Below are positions 12,608-63,068 of a DNA stretch of 64,000 bases, piece after piece. Position 1 is the first letter of the stretch. Each line of letters begins with the position of its first letter. Location of the stretch: positions 5,811,029 to 5,875,028 of the forward strand of contig CAVNZM010000016.1 of NCBI GenBank assembly GCA_963693365.1. Reading direction: 5' to 3'. The notes below the pieces were generated by a model that searched no databases, was not told the DNA's origin, and saw only the letters and a program-made list of their open reading frames with translations. This DNA comes from Amoebidium appalachense (taxonomy: Eukaryota; Protista; Ichthyosporea). The translations under genes and the position numbers were made by a program.

Positions 12608-14536
12608 AGGGTAAGCTTGCAAGGCGAGGAATTTGGCCAAGGATTGCCGGGGTTTGGCGTTCTTAATCGTATTTGGTCAAATTACAGGGTTGTATACAAC
12701 CCTGACGGTCGTATCATCACTAATTGAATGCCCTTCCTTAATCGTATTGCGGGTTTTTATAAATCGTATTTTGGGTCAATACGATTCGTAGTGAATCCTT
12801 GAATTTGGCGGGATGATTGACCAATCACACCGCGCTACGAACAGGGTTTGAAATGATACAATCACATTCAAACAACACCCCAAACGCGGCTGTATAAATT
12901 TATAAAGCACTTTTCACGCAACAATCTCCAACGTTAATGTTGCAGGTGTCATTTTGCACCAATGGACGTGGAGGATGATGCAGTGTTCGAGCACCTTGTG
13001 TCTCGCTGCAAGGGCCTAGGTTTGCTCCTTGCCAGTTTGGCCGGTGGAGGGTTCTCTCTTTACTCCATCTACTTCTCGAAGATTCTCCCGGAGCCGGAAA
13101 ACATGGTAGGCAAAACAGTGCATGAGGTTGTGTTGGGCGTTGGGCTTTGGTGATGGTCGGATGTACGCTTTGTTTGTTTTATTCCCGTTTCCCACAGTCT
13201 CCCCCCCCCCCCCTCCCCCCCCCCCCCCCCTCCCCCCTCCCCCCAACCACCAGCACCACGACCACCACCATTATCACCCCCCCCCCCCCCCCCTACCTCC
13301 ACCCCTTCATTCCCTCTCCCCGTCCCACTCCACTCCACCACCGCATACAAACGCACGCTCCAACTCGTATTCTGCCCCCCCCCCCCCCCCCCCCCCCTCC
13401 CCCCCCTCCCTCCCAGATCCTTTTCTCTCCGATTTACTCTGTCCCTCACCATCTCAGTCTTTACTTCCCCCCTACCCCCACCCCCCACCCCTCCCTCCCT
13501 CCCCCCCGCCTTCTCCTCCCCTCTCCCGTCAATCCACGCCCCCTCTACCCCTTCTCTCCCCTCGCATCGAACACACACAAACACACGTGCAGGCGCGCAC
13601 GCACACACACACACACACACATGGCCACCCATCTAGGCAAGGCTTCTTCCTCCTTCACTGCCACTGGTTTCTGTTTCCATAGCACGATTCCTTGCGTTAT
13701 TTTCTGAAAATGTCACTGTTAACTCCTTCGCTTGACCACCACCTAACATTTCCACCGTCATTTCTCAATCTAGCTTTCTTCTCTGAGCGCAACTCCACTC
13801 CCCCTCCCCCTCCCCCCCCCCCCCCTCTCTCCCCGCAATGCCTGCCCTCCCAATTCCAGTTTCCACCTTTCGTGTTTTTTCCGTATCTTCGGCCGTCGCT
13901 GTCTACTCCTAGCTCCCCTCCCCCCCTTCCCCCCCCCCCCCCTCCCCCCCCCCCCCCCCTCACTTCTCCCCACCCCCCCCCACCCCCCACCCCCCCCCCC
14001 CCCACACACGTACACACACCCCAACTCCCACTTTCTCTTCCCTCCGCAGATCCCTCCCTCCCGTTCTCATTCTTTGCCCCCCTTCCTCTTTTTTAACTCC
14101 CCACCCCCCCCCCCCCCACCCCCGTACTACCACCACCACCACCTCAAAACCCCACCCTCATTCACCACATTCTGCTTCCCTCCGTCCATCTCCCCCTGCT
14201 CGCCCGCCCCCGACAAACACACACACACACAGACAGACACAGACAACCAACCGCCACCCACCACCCACACGTGGATACACATACCCGAACACGTGGTCAC
14301 ACACGCATGCGGATAGTGCACACACACACACACATACACTCATACACCCGCGCATGCACGCACACACACGCACACGCGCACACAGACTCGCGCGCGCACA
14401 CGTGCACACGCATACACCACCCTCCTGGCAAGGCTCATGTCCCGCGTTTCCCTGTCCCTTCGGGTTCCGTTTTCCGTCTTTATCACACGCTGTACCGTTG
14501 CACGGCACTGCCACGTTTTTTTTTAACTCCTTTGTC

Positions 14537-14570
<34 letters not shown>

Positions 14571-14878
14571 TGTTTCACAACCTATTAGTCTCAAACGTCC
14601 CTTCACCTCTGCCCCCTCCCCCCTCCCTCCCCCTCTCATGCACACACACACGCAGAGTTCCCTCCCCCCCCCCCCCCCCCCCCCCCCCCGAACCCTCTTT
14701 CACCCTTTGTTTTGTCCGGCCCTTGCATGCTGGCTCTGTGAGACTTTTCTCTTCTTCCCAACATGGGGTTACATACCTTCATATACTTTTCTGAATTCAG
14801 TTTTTGGCCCGATTCAATCCCCCCCCCCCCCCCCCCCCCCCTCACCCTCCCCACCTGAGAAGGAAAACACACATGTAG

Positions 14879-14938
<60 letters not shown>

Positions 14939-15032
14939 ATTTCCCACCATTTGATGCGTAAGTCTCTCTCTCTTCTGCCCCTCCCCCCCCCTCCCCCCCC
15001 CCCCCCCTCTCTCACCCCTTCGTCACCCACAC

Positions 15033-15063
<31 letters not shown>

Positions 15064-15498
15064 GACATACACACACGCACACACACACGACACACAGATC
15101 CTCCCCCCCCCCCCCCCCCCCCCCCCCTCCCCCCCCTCCCCCTCTGCCCGAACCGCCGCACCCAACCCTGAACATTAACACACAAGCACACGAACACATG
15201 CCTCTAACCTTGCCGCTCCCTTATGTTAACATGCATAAACACAAACACACACGTCTGTTTGCACGCCCACACAGTGACACACACGCTCTGGCACACATGC
15301 CCACACACACACACACACACATGTACATTTGTGCACACACACACACTCGCGCGCGCGCGCGTGTACACATACACACAGGTACTAGAAGCGGTTCGATCCG
15401 ACCGCTACTACTGCCTGCTTGTGCCTCTCCTTGTTCCCGTGTCTGTGATGTTCATTTTCTTCAACTGGCTGGGCATGAAGTACTACCGTCACAACTAG
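12369..15498 (+). CDS. PIGY: PIG-Y/Eri1-family GPI-GlcNAc transferase subunit. Exons 12962-13105 and 15379-15498 (87 aa); optional upstream exon 12369-12379 spliced to 12946 adds MGGECHFAP
   Basis: The translation ...LYSIYFSKILPEPENM|VLEAVRSDRYYCLLVPLLVPVSVMFIFFNWLGMKYYRHN* matches the PIG-Y signature (SKxxP...DxYYCLLvP...NWLGxKxxRHN). GT-AG intron in phase 0. Confidence 0.88.
12685..12704. repeat. Perfect 20-bp palindrome CAGGGTTGTATACAACCCTG among aatcgtatt repeats (MITE remnant-like)
   Basis: Seen directly; aatcgtatt/aatacgatt motifs at 12665, 12740, 12762 and 12778. Confidence 0.6.
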
Positions 15499-16237
15499 CG
15501 GATATATGAGCTACCAGCCCGCATGATTCAACACATACGGTCTTCTTCATCTATCGGTGAATTTCTTCGTCAAAATGGGCTCTTTCCGAATCGACAAATC
15601 CCGAAAATGATTGAGCGAATAAGAATTGAGGGACAACGGATGTGCTACCAACACAACTAGCAGATATGAGGTACTACCAAGCATGATCCCGCTCGGACTT
15701 TTGGACCAATCGGTGGACTCCTCTGTCATGTGACACCAGGGTTCCTCCCCCCCAAAAATCGAGTTATCGCTGCGAGTGGACGAATCGAAATCGATGGATT
15801 AGCGCAAAGATGAGATTTTTGGGGATGAAATCGACCCGCGGTTCGCCATTTGTGAATTGGGGATATGCGAGGAAGGGAAAATTTCAGGAGGGAGGCCAAA
15901 AACGTGGATCGCATGCTTTCATGAACCCACACCACCAACACCCACCGTCTCAAATTTCCCCGCCTCTGTGAACTTACAGGTATTGTTTTACATATGTGCA
16001 AAACCCAGCCCCCTCTAAACTCTGGAACGCTGGCAGTCTGAGCCCTGAAGTGGCAGTGAGCTCTTCTGGTTAGAGAATGTCTTTTCATTTACTTAATGTT
16101 CTCACCCTGCAGGCCGGCCTCGTTACTATGATATATTGCACGGGGTCTAAGTAGTCTGATTTTTCAGCTTTCTTGTTACATTCTAGTCTCGTTTTTTTGT
16201 TTTGTTTTTAAGTTTGTTTTTTGTTTTGTTGGTGTGT

Positions 16238-16300
<63 letters not shown>

Positions 16301-16752
16301 TAACCATCGGTTATGCAAGAATGTTAGTGACGATTACTTGACAATGCACAATGTCAACTGAAACACTCCCCGTGTATAAATGTATGAATGAGAGGCTCGA
16401 CGTCTTATACCACCATCATACATAAATCTTCTGAAAGGTGAAAGGCAACAATAAAGCGCAAGAGTGTGCAAATTTATTTTTTTTAAAGAAAAAAAGCCGA
16501 TCGATGGCACCGGCCTACGTGTTTACACACATGCCGTGTCCTTCGAGCTAGCTAGTCCCCCCCCCCCCCCCCCCCCCCCCCCTCCCCCCTTCTTCCCTTT
16601 TTTTCCCTTCTCCCCCCCCCCCCCCCCCCCCCTCCCCACCTTCCGGGCCCCCACCCCCTCCCCCCCCCCCCCCCCCCCGGGCCCCCCAGGCCTCCCCCCC
16701 CCCCAAAACCCCTTTTTTTAAAAAAAAAAACATATACATGACACGCAGAGTG

Positions 16753-16822
<70 letters not shown>

Positions 16823-17399
16823 ACACGCACACACACACGTACGTATACATACACGCACACACACACGTACGTATACATGCACGCACACACGCACACACAC
16901 ACACACACACACACCACCGTGACACACATACAAATGCACACATGCGCGCGCGCACATCACCACACACACACACACGTGCACACTAGGACTGTCACACAGT
17001 GTCACTTGCGCACAGCACACAGACTCTGAATTCGAATTCAGCCTATGAGTTATGAGAGTATCTCAGCCCTCATACATGCACATACCATGTGACCCGCCGT
17101 ACGTCGATTCAGGTCAGGCCTGCTTAGTCCTTTATGAGTGCACAACAATTCCAAAAATTCGCACAGGCGAAAATTGATAGATTACGACTCACTGACACTA
17201 GGCTGGTGTAGGACGGCCCAGTAGGTGGGTGGTTGCAATTGAGGCCCGGGCCGGGTGGGTGGTCAAGGTGCCAATGGTGGTCACGTGTTGGCGGCGGTGG
17301 TGGGCCAGGATCCGGTCCCAGGCCCGAGGGGATGGGGTACGGTGGGGGAGGGGGGAGGGAGGAGGGGGCCGGGGGAGGGGGGGGGGGGGGGGGGAGGGG

Positions 17400-17437
<38 letters not shown>

Positions 17438-18023
17438 ACTCTAATAGATGTATGCATGATGCACTGGAAGTCAAAGTTTCGACCTCTCGAGCTCGAGCGA
17501 GCTGTGTTTGATTCTCGTTTACTGGCAAATATTCGAAGACAATTTACGTACGGGAAATTTGGTAACCCGTCGACGTGAGGTCTGTGTGTGTGTGTGTGTG
17601 TGTGGAGTACTAATACTTATTATACCGTGCGCGCGCGCGTGCACGCATGGACCACGTGTAATTAGAATTTGGGATCAGAGGGAGGAGATCCGTGGAAATT
17701 TATTTTTTGAGAGGGGGGGGGGGGGGCAGGCCCGCGTTTAGATGGACAAAGTCATTCACAGTGTGCACCCGATTACGTGGTCCATTCACCTCGGCTCAGC
17801 CTGGGTGTGTGTAAGCGTGCATGTGGGTGTTTGGGGGGGGGGGGGGGGGGGGGGGGGGGACTGCTTATTATATAACTTATCTGAACGTGTGCACGTGTGC
17901 ACGTGCGCGGTGGAGGTTGGTGTGTGGTGGAGGCTGTGCGTGTGTGCGCGTGCACGCGTTTTCTTATTTTATTTTTTATTTTTGTGTGTGTGTGTTTGAG
18001 TGTGTGTGAGTGTGTGAGTGTGT

Positions 18024-18054
<31 letters not shown>

Positions 18055-18546
18055 GGGGGGGCATGTTCCACACTGAGAGGTCAACTCCTCGGAATCACAC
18101 CCATTCGGAACACAACACACGGCATCCGAAACCTTTTCCCTTTATCCGCCAATTCGGAACAATGTCATACATAACGAGCTACGGTTCGTTTCTTCGCGGT
18201 TTTGTTCTAATCTGAAAGTTGGGCATTGCAACCTATCACCTGAGTGCCTGTATGTGTGCGACTGGCTTTTGATTGGACACGCAACTATAACACCTTGCGT
18301 GCACCAAAAATTAAACGGGCTGGAACCTCCGGTGCTACGCACAACATATCAACTAAACACATCACACACACAACACACCACAACACACACACAGCCCACA
18401 CACATTTTCTACCTACACTACACTAACCACCGGCGCACAACGCCACATGCTTTCACACACACACACACACATACACACATCAGCCTCTACACACACACAC
18501 ATCCACCCCTACACACGCACACACACATGTACACACAGGTATGCAC

Positions 18547-18915
18547 TTATGCAGCGAGCTCAGCGAGGGTTTTGTCGTACTCCTCCTTGACACTCTTGTA
18601 GCTCGACTTGGCCTGGTCGAGCTCCTCCTCCAGATCATCCTTTTTCTTGTTGAGCTCTGCAACCTTGTGGTCCAACTGTTCAATTTTGGCCCCAAAGTCG
18701 CTACCTCCCGCCTTTTGCGTCGACGCCAACTGGCCCTCGGCGCGGTTGAGGTCTCGCTCGAGCATCTTCACCTGTGGTTTGGAGCACGCGGGTTAGTGAG
18801 AGGGGAGAGCGAGAGAGGACGGGAGGAAGATGGAGAGAGAAGGGGGGGGGGGGGGGGGGGGGGGGTGAATTGGGAGACACACACACACAGAGAGTGTGTG
18901 TCTGTGTGTCTCTCT

Positions 18916-18949
<34 letters not shown>

Positions 18950-21815
18950 TTGGGTCGTTGGTGAGAACACTTTTGCGGGTTGACATCATGCTCGTGACCG
19001 CTTGTGTGAATGCTGATGTGTGTCGCGTGTGCATTGGTAAGAGGTGTAAACGAGGAATAGGAGGGGGACGAGGAAGATGTGTGTATGTGGATGCCTGTAA
19101 ATGCATTGTGCATCCTGCTCTTTCCACCCCGAGAGATGGGGACAGGGAGAAAGAAGAAGGGGGGAGGGGGGGGGGGGGGGGGGGGGGGGGGGAAGGGTAA
19201 GCTGGTGGTGGGTTTCATAGAAAAAAAAAAAAAATCCCGCAAAAACTATGGAAAAAGCAAAAGAAAAGAAAAGCACGACAGGCTTGCAAGCACACACCTT
19301 CCCATCTACATACAGGTCTCGAAACACAACAGGATAAGAAGCATCCATGATGGGTTCTCCTCACCCACCAGAAACGAACATGCACACAGAACAGCTTGTT
19401 CCCGACAAAACATCTATGCACTTGTCCGCATATAGGGCTTCGTACAAAGGAAAGACGACAGTTCCACCCCCCATATCAACCACTGCTCACATGATGTAGC
19501 GTGTATCGAGGCAAAACGAAAAGAGAACACATGCACACAGGCATAGGGGTACAGCACGTATAGAGTCCAGGTGACGAGGTGTGGACAATCGGTGAGGTAC
19601 GACTCGAAACAAGTACATAGCATAGCAAAGAGAAAGCCTGTGTGACTAGATTGGTGGTGAACTACGAAGGAATGGAAGGCCAAAAGCCAAAAGCAAGGCA
19701 GAAGGGAATAGAGAACACATTAGGTAAACGAAGCAGGCGACCAAACAAGTGTGTGTGTGCTAGACACTCATGCCCATCCATCCGCATGGGGAGTCCCTAT
19801 GGAGGTCAGCCTTATCAAACCAGGATGGCTTCAACCACGTCCTTGTTTCAACACTGATAAGCGAGTTGGCCCGTGGTACCAAGCGAAGAGTAGGGTAATG
19901 CACGAAAAAGCAGGCCCAGATAGCACAGTTATGCCACCTGTGCATACAAAGCCCCCTCCCCCCCTCTCCCCCCGGTGAAAAAAGGAGGAGGGGGAACGGA
20001 CAGCTAGGGTGCTAGCCCAGGAGAGGAGTTAAGAAAAGCAGCAGCGAGAGGAGAGCTGCGGGTTCAATACACAATACGAGGCCGATGTGTGGGTACATCA
20101 ATAAGGGCACTGCGCGCGCGCGTGTGTGCATGCCAATGTGTGGTGGTGATGGTGGTCGTATGTTGATTGTGGTTGTTGGTGTGTGTATATGCATGTTGTG
20201 TTTGTGTGTGAGTGTGTGTGTAGGAGGGGGAAGGGGGGGGTTTTGAATGCGGGGAAGGGGGGGGGGGGGGGAGGGGAGTAGGAGAGTGAAAGCAATAGAG
20301 AGATGCCGGGAGGGAGAGGGAAGAGAGGGAAGAGAGGGACAGGAGGAGAGAGGACTAACATGTAGATGTATGCAGTATGCAACACAGGGGTGAGGGAGGG
20401 ATGGGTGCGTGCATGCGTGGTTAGGGGGGGGGGGGCTAGAAGCGAAAAAAGCATGCACACAGACAATATCACACCGCTATAATATGCGGCCATGGTAACC
20501 CAAACAGTTACTCCATTTTGCAACACATGCCCGGGAAAACCACACCCTGCCCATGCAAGGACCAACCAGAAGCAAGTTCTACTATGCCTTTGACCGATAC
20601 CAAACACACTTGCATCAGACATTCCCTTCTTCAAAAAAAAAAAAAAAAAAAAAAAGGCTGTGTTTCACAACCAAACATCGCCCACATACCTCCCTGCCTC
20701 CCACATGTCCTACGGAGACAAGCGCAGCCCAACACAGCCTACAAAGCATACCCCCCCCCCCCCCCCCCCCCCCCACCACCACCACCACATACACACACAC
20801 ACGGCACCACGCAGGTACCCAACCTGTACGCCCAACGACTCTGCCCTTCACTCCCTTCCCTTACACCACCACCCACCAACCCACCCATCCACACAGAAAA
20901 GAAACAAAAAGAAAAAAATCGTCCAAAAAACATACCTTACGCTCAGTGTCCTCGGCCTTCTTCTCCATCTCCTGGAACTTGTCCTTAGCGGCCTTAATTG
21001 CAGCATCCAGCTCATCAATGCGGTCCAAATCTGCAACCCCGCCACCACGTGCCCTCCTCTCTGCTGAGTCCGCTCGCTCTTCAGCTTCCTTGGTCTGTTA
21101 ACAAGTGGGTCAGCTAGGCGTTCTCCAAATTCTATGTTGGTGCCTTTCTGTGCCGGCATACAAGCACCCGGGCACACAAAAGATCTAAACCCTCAGCCAG
21201 CTACCCTTTCACAGCCCCCTGGTGCAAGGTAGGTAGCCGAAAATGGAGGTGAAAGTTACAAGGTGTGTAGCAAGCTACCACTTACTAGGAATACCAAACC
21301 CGGAATAATGGACATAGGCAGGGTTGATGAGCGAATAGGGAAGATGGGAGGCGAAACACGAGAGGGGGGGGGCACGAGGGGAAGAGAAGGACAGAAGCTT
21401 ACAATAAGTACCAAAAATAGACGTTGAAGTGTATGCTTTCCTCACTCTACACCAAAACCATGGGAATGATGCAGATGGCAAAAGCAGGCAACTTCCACGG
21501 GTTTACAGAGCGTACAGGCGAAGAACACTTGGCAAGAACTGTAAGCATACCAACGGCACTAACGATGGCCTATGATCTTCCCCTTCCAAACCCTTTCTCA
21601 CCTTAGCACCGAGGCTAGCCCCCTTCTCCTCCGCCTTTTCCAAGTCTGACTCGAGCAGCTTAATTTTGTTTTCCATCGCCTTGCACTCCGCCTCTGCCGC
21701 ATCTGCTCTCGTCTTAGCACCCTTGAGCTCGTTCTCCGCTGCCTCGGCACGCTCTGTGGCTGCCTGTGCCAGGCTCCTGCTTCAACACGTCCATCTTCTT
21801 CTTAATCGCCTCCAT
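18547..21815 (-). CDS. TPM: Tropomyosin-like coiled-coil protein, ~197 aa. Exons 21815-21602, 21094-20936, 18771-18547; exon 1 carries an apparent 4-nt insertion/frameshift near 21770
   Basis: MEAIKKKMDVLKQE...AATERAEAAENELK...KIKLLESDLEKAEEK|TKEAEERADSAERR...KAEDTERK|VKMLERDL...EYDKTLAELAA*. Heptad pattern, tropomyosin N- and C-terminal motifs, and phase-0 GT-AG introns. Confidence 0.85.
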
Positions 21816-22729
21816 TTTTGCAAGTTTAAGGCGGCGGCGCCACCACTCACGCAAGCTATAAGAGAATGTGTAAAGAAGAAAGTACTAATAACGAGAGTTA
21901 GTTGAGAGTTTTCGCTGAGCGAGTGACCGAGTCGAGAAAACTGACTTGGAAACGGATCCAGATCCGGCAAGCAAGCAAACAAAAGTTTGCCTGCCCGGCG
22001 ACACGGCCAAATATGGCAAGTGGCATTCGTTTGCTCGAGAGGTTTCACCCCAAACTACTAAGTGGGGTATTTGTGGAATAAGCATTAAGAAAAAAAAGAT
22101 AAATGAAAAACTAATAATGAGAAAAAGCAATTAAAAAAACTGGCCCAAATGAGCTAAAAAATACGGTTTATTAAATAGAATATTTTGTTTTAAGGCTTGT
22201 ACATTTACAGCAGGAAAAATACATCTTTAAATCTTTCTTAGAAAATTGTATTTTGCAGTTCAGTTGTACTCTAGGAGAGCCGCCATTGAAATTGAATGTG
22301 TTTGGTTGGTTACAAGTCACAGGATCGAAGAACTGGTTTGGGGCCGCAGATTTGATCCATTTTCACGTTTCACGCACAAAAAAAAAAAAAAAAAAAAAAC
22401 TAAGTGGAAGTCTTACGACCGGAGTTCTAGACACGGAGTAGAAAATAGGGAAGACGAAGAAAGAGGGGAAAACGGAAGGGATAACTGATAGAGGAAGGGC
22501 GAATAATTGTTGATGGAGGGGAGGGGAGGGATAATCGATGGAGGAAAGGGAGGGACCATCGGTGGAGGGGAAAGACACTAAGAGTGAGTCCTGAACTTTC
22601 GATTTTTGGTACGAAAAGTTGTTAGGATGAGAATTTTTCTACCACCTACTGAGGCGGTGTCTCCTTTTTCCTTTTCTTTTTTTTCTTTTTTTTTTTTTTT
22701 TCCCGCACGTGCGGCAACACGTCAGTACG

Positions 22730-23049
22730 TGTTAGAGAATTTTTATAGTAACAAGAGTTGTTCAAAATTTTTAAGTATAGATGTAAAGGAAAGAACGGGT
22801 ATGGGTGCAAGAAACAAGAGATGGAGAAGGTTGGAGAAGGAGGATGAAAGAAAAGGGGCGAGGTGCCGGGCCAGGTTCTTAAGTTTTTGGTGTACGGTGC
22901 ATGAAGAGCATAGTTGAAGGAGAGAGCATGGTGCTATAAAGAGTTTGGAAAAGCATAGTTGAAGGAGAGAACATGGTGCTATCAAGAGTTGGGTGAATAT
23001 AATAAATAGTTTAATAAAGACACTAGGCGCGATGATTCAAGAGGCAACA
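22730..23049 (+). mobile_element. Possible short solo LTR
   Basis: TGTT...AACA ends, internal 45-bp direct repeat (22907, 22952), two AATAAA (23001, 23013). No TSD found. Confidence 0.35.
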
Positions 23050-23758
23050 CTGTCTTCTTTGCTCACACTGCACTGGTGTCCACATGCTCACAGTTTTATG
23101 TAGGTTGCGCGCCGGGCAGTCCCGGTTCATATTTTGTATATACATATATATACATTGTTATATTGCAGCCAGCATGTGTTGTTAAGCCAGTGGAAATCTT
23201 CACACACACTCTATTTACGTGCAGCCAGCCGAGCTCGTGTATGTTTTGTAAGGACACATTCTGCGCCATATGCTTGTATGCATCCGAAAACTGTAAGTAG
23301 TTGCACATTCATCCAGAAGAAACAGGGTAGAATAGAGACAACAGCTGTCACAAACTTACGAGAGGCGGGCTATTTGTGCCCAGTGTGCAGAAACAGGTCA
23401 AAAGTCAAATCATTGAACGAAAGTGGGGTATGCTCCTTTAAAAGTACCCGAGCATCCCAAAAACGCGTAAGATCATTCGAATCTATACCGCCTTCCGTGC
23501 AGTGTACTAAGTGCTGCACATGGACACCAGAATTGCCTAATGACACATCGGAGCAAGCATCACTATACCAGCAGCACACGGTTATGTCTAAAGACTACAC
23601 ACGTCCTTCTTTCAGCAACAGCTTCACCTTTCTCCCCCCTCCCCCCGCCCCGCCCTGTCCCCCCTGCCCCAAAGCGCGCGCACACACAAACCATTACCAC
23701 AAAACCACCTCAACTCTCCCCAAGTCCTTTCCCTGCAAGAGCACTCGTCAATATCTTA

Positions 23759-51553
<27,795 letters not shown>

Positions 51554-52135
51554 CTTCACGGCTACTCAAAGCCTTTGAAAATGCTAAGAACACAATTGTG
51601 CAGCTAGTGTCTGTGCACGGTGTGTGCACACTGAAGAAAAGTAGAGCACATGTGTGCTGCGTTGCTAACAAGAAGAGCTGCTGTTTTATGAAGCCCAGGT
51701 TTGGTTTTGGCGTGTAGATGTACGTGCACGTATGGCGTCCTTTTAGATGAACACATCATCACACACAGGGATGGCTGTGACAAGGGTGGGCGTGATCTCT
51801 ATTTACCAACAGAGAGCTAAAGTATATGCAATAACAGGATTTTGCATCCTACCTATACGTCTCTGGTACGCTTTACATAATACAAAGGCTTATATATATA
51901 TATATATGTTATACTCCGTAAATATATGCATGTCAAGATGTTTCTTGCTTGGCGCTCAGTTCTGTGACAACGAGCTTAACGTTAGCAAGGCTTTTGTGCG
52001 GATGATGAGTCATCGCGGATCTACGTCGACTGATCAATTTTGATAAGCCCTCGCCCCCAGCCTCCCAGGCCGGCTCAGGGCTGAGCCTGCCTCCTCATGC
52101 ATATGAGGCAACCCCTGCCCGCCTTCCCCTCTCCC

Positions 52136-52241
<106 letters not shown>

Positions 52242-52284
52242 CACCACCACCAGCAGCAGCATGCCTCGGAGGCATACACAAACC

Positions 52285-52420
52285 CACCATGGCAGGACAC
52301 CAACTTGTAGTTGTCTGTACAAAAATAAAAAGGTTTTCCTATTTTTAAAAAAAAAACACCATGGCAGGACACCAACTTGTATTTTTCTGTACAAAAATAA
52401 AAAGGTTTTCTTATTTTTTT
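52285..52420. repeat. ~72-bp tandem duplication
   Basis: caccatggcaggacaccaacttgta...gtacaaaaataaaaaggttttc occurs twice. Confidence 0.85.
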
Positions 52421-52844
52421 ATAAAAAAAAAAAAAATAAAAAATAAAAAAAAGAAAGAAAAAAAAACCCCCGAGTGTACATGTATGCGCATGCCCACATG
52501 GATTGCACCGCGGCCGAAAACACGAATTATACACACCGTAACTCAAACATGTACATGCCATATGTACGTACACAGTGACCGTGGTACCGACATGGCCAGA
52601 GCCATTATGTGCATGTGAGAGCAGGACTCAGTGCGCAGGCGCCATCTTTTTCTTAATCTTCAGACTAGTGGCCTTCCCTTCTTTTTACTTTTCCCTGCAT
52701 GGCATGCACACGTGGTACACAACAACTCGTCGTCAAAAGTAAATTTACTGTGTGACCTTGTTTAGAAAGGACCAGTTACTGCCGCACAACCATGCAGGGG
52801 GGAGAGAGAGAGAGAGATCTATAGAGAGAGATATATATATATAT

Positions 52845-52875
<31 letters not shown>

Positions 52876-53234
52876 TACCTATAGAGAGAGTGAGAGAGAG
52901 AGAGGAACTTGGGGCGCGGGGGGGGGGGGGGGGGGGGGAGGGGGGGGAGAGATTCATACATACAACTATATCCTTAGCAAATGCACGTTTATTATAGTTC
53001 ACCTTTGGACATGTGTACACATGTGTGCACAAGCGCCAACATTTTATTTTTTGACATCACCATAGCGCCAGGCATGGTATGTGCTAGGAAACAAACGTCC
53101 AATGGCAGGAAAGGGAATAAAAGTCAGACCAGCAGCCTGCAGCCTGCAGAGGCCTTTCGAAATACCAACAGTCACTGTAACTATCTACGCCCAATGATAC
53201 TTTCCTACGTTCAACCCCAAAGCGTAAGGTACCG

Positions 53235-53304
<70 letters not shown>

Positions 53305-53581
53305 ATGCGCAGACCCCCATGTACGTGTGTGTACGTGCATGCTTGCGCGCGAGTATATGTGTGTGTGCGCGCGCACGTGTGTGTTGTGTGTCTTGCTCAA
53401 AATGTCTGCATTCAAGTGTTAGACCGATGTATTCATGGGAGCAAACAGAGTCTCCGTCATACGAAAGTATCATGCAGTAGCAATCATTCACGAATTGAAA
53501 ACGTTAATCACTTCACTGTCCTAACCCCTAACCTGCTCTTGCTTTATCCTCCCCCCCCCCCCCCCCCTCCCCCCACCCCCA

Positions 53582-53647
<66 letters not shown>

Positions 53648-53668
53648 ACACACACACGCACAATATAT

Positions 53669-53722
<54 letters not shown>

Positions 53723-53973
53723 AAGGCGAATCCCTTTCCCCATTCCATCCCACCCACTCAAAGTAATGGCAATCATGAACAGCACCTTTGTGTACGACTG
53801 TCAGTATCGACCCAAACAAGGGAACAACGGAACAAAATGTATACGACAACAACAAAACCCCCGGGTAAAAACAAAAACATCCAACAGCTACACCAATAAC
53901 CAACCCACACGGGCGACAAAAACGTAATAATAATAATAAAAAACATTCTAGAGAAAATGCTACATTCTTGTGC

Positions 53974-63068
<9,095 letters not shown>

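Noticed and set aside
17200-17340. GC-rich island between PIG-Y and tropomyosin as a possible exon
   Set aside because: No convincing frame, partner exons or recognisable protein.
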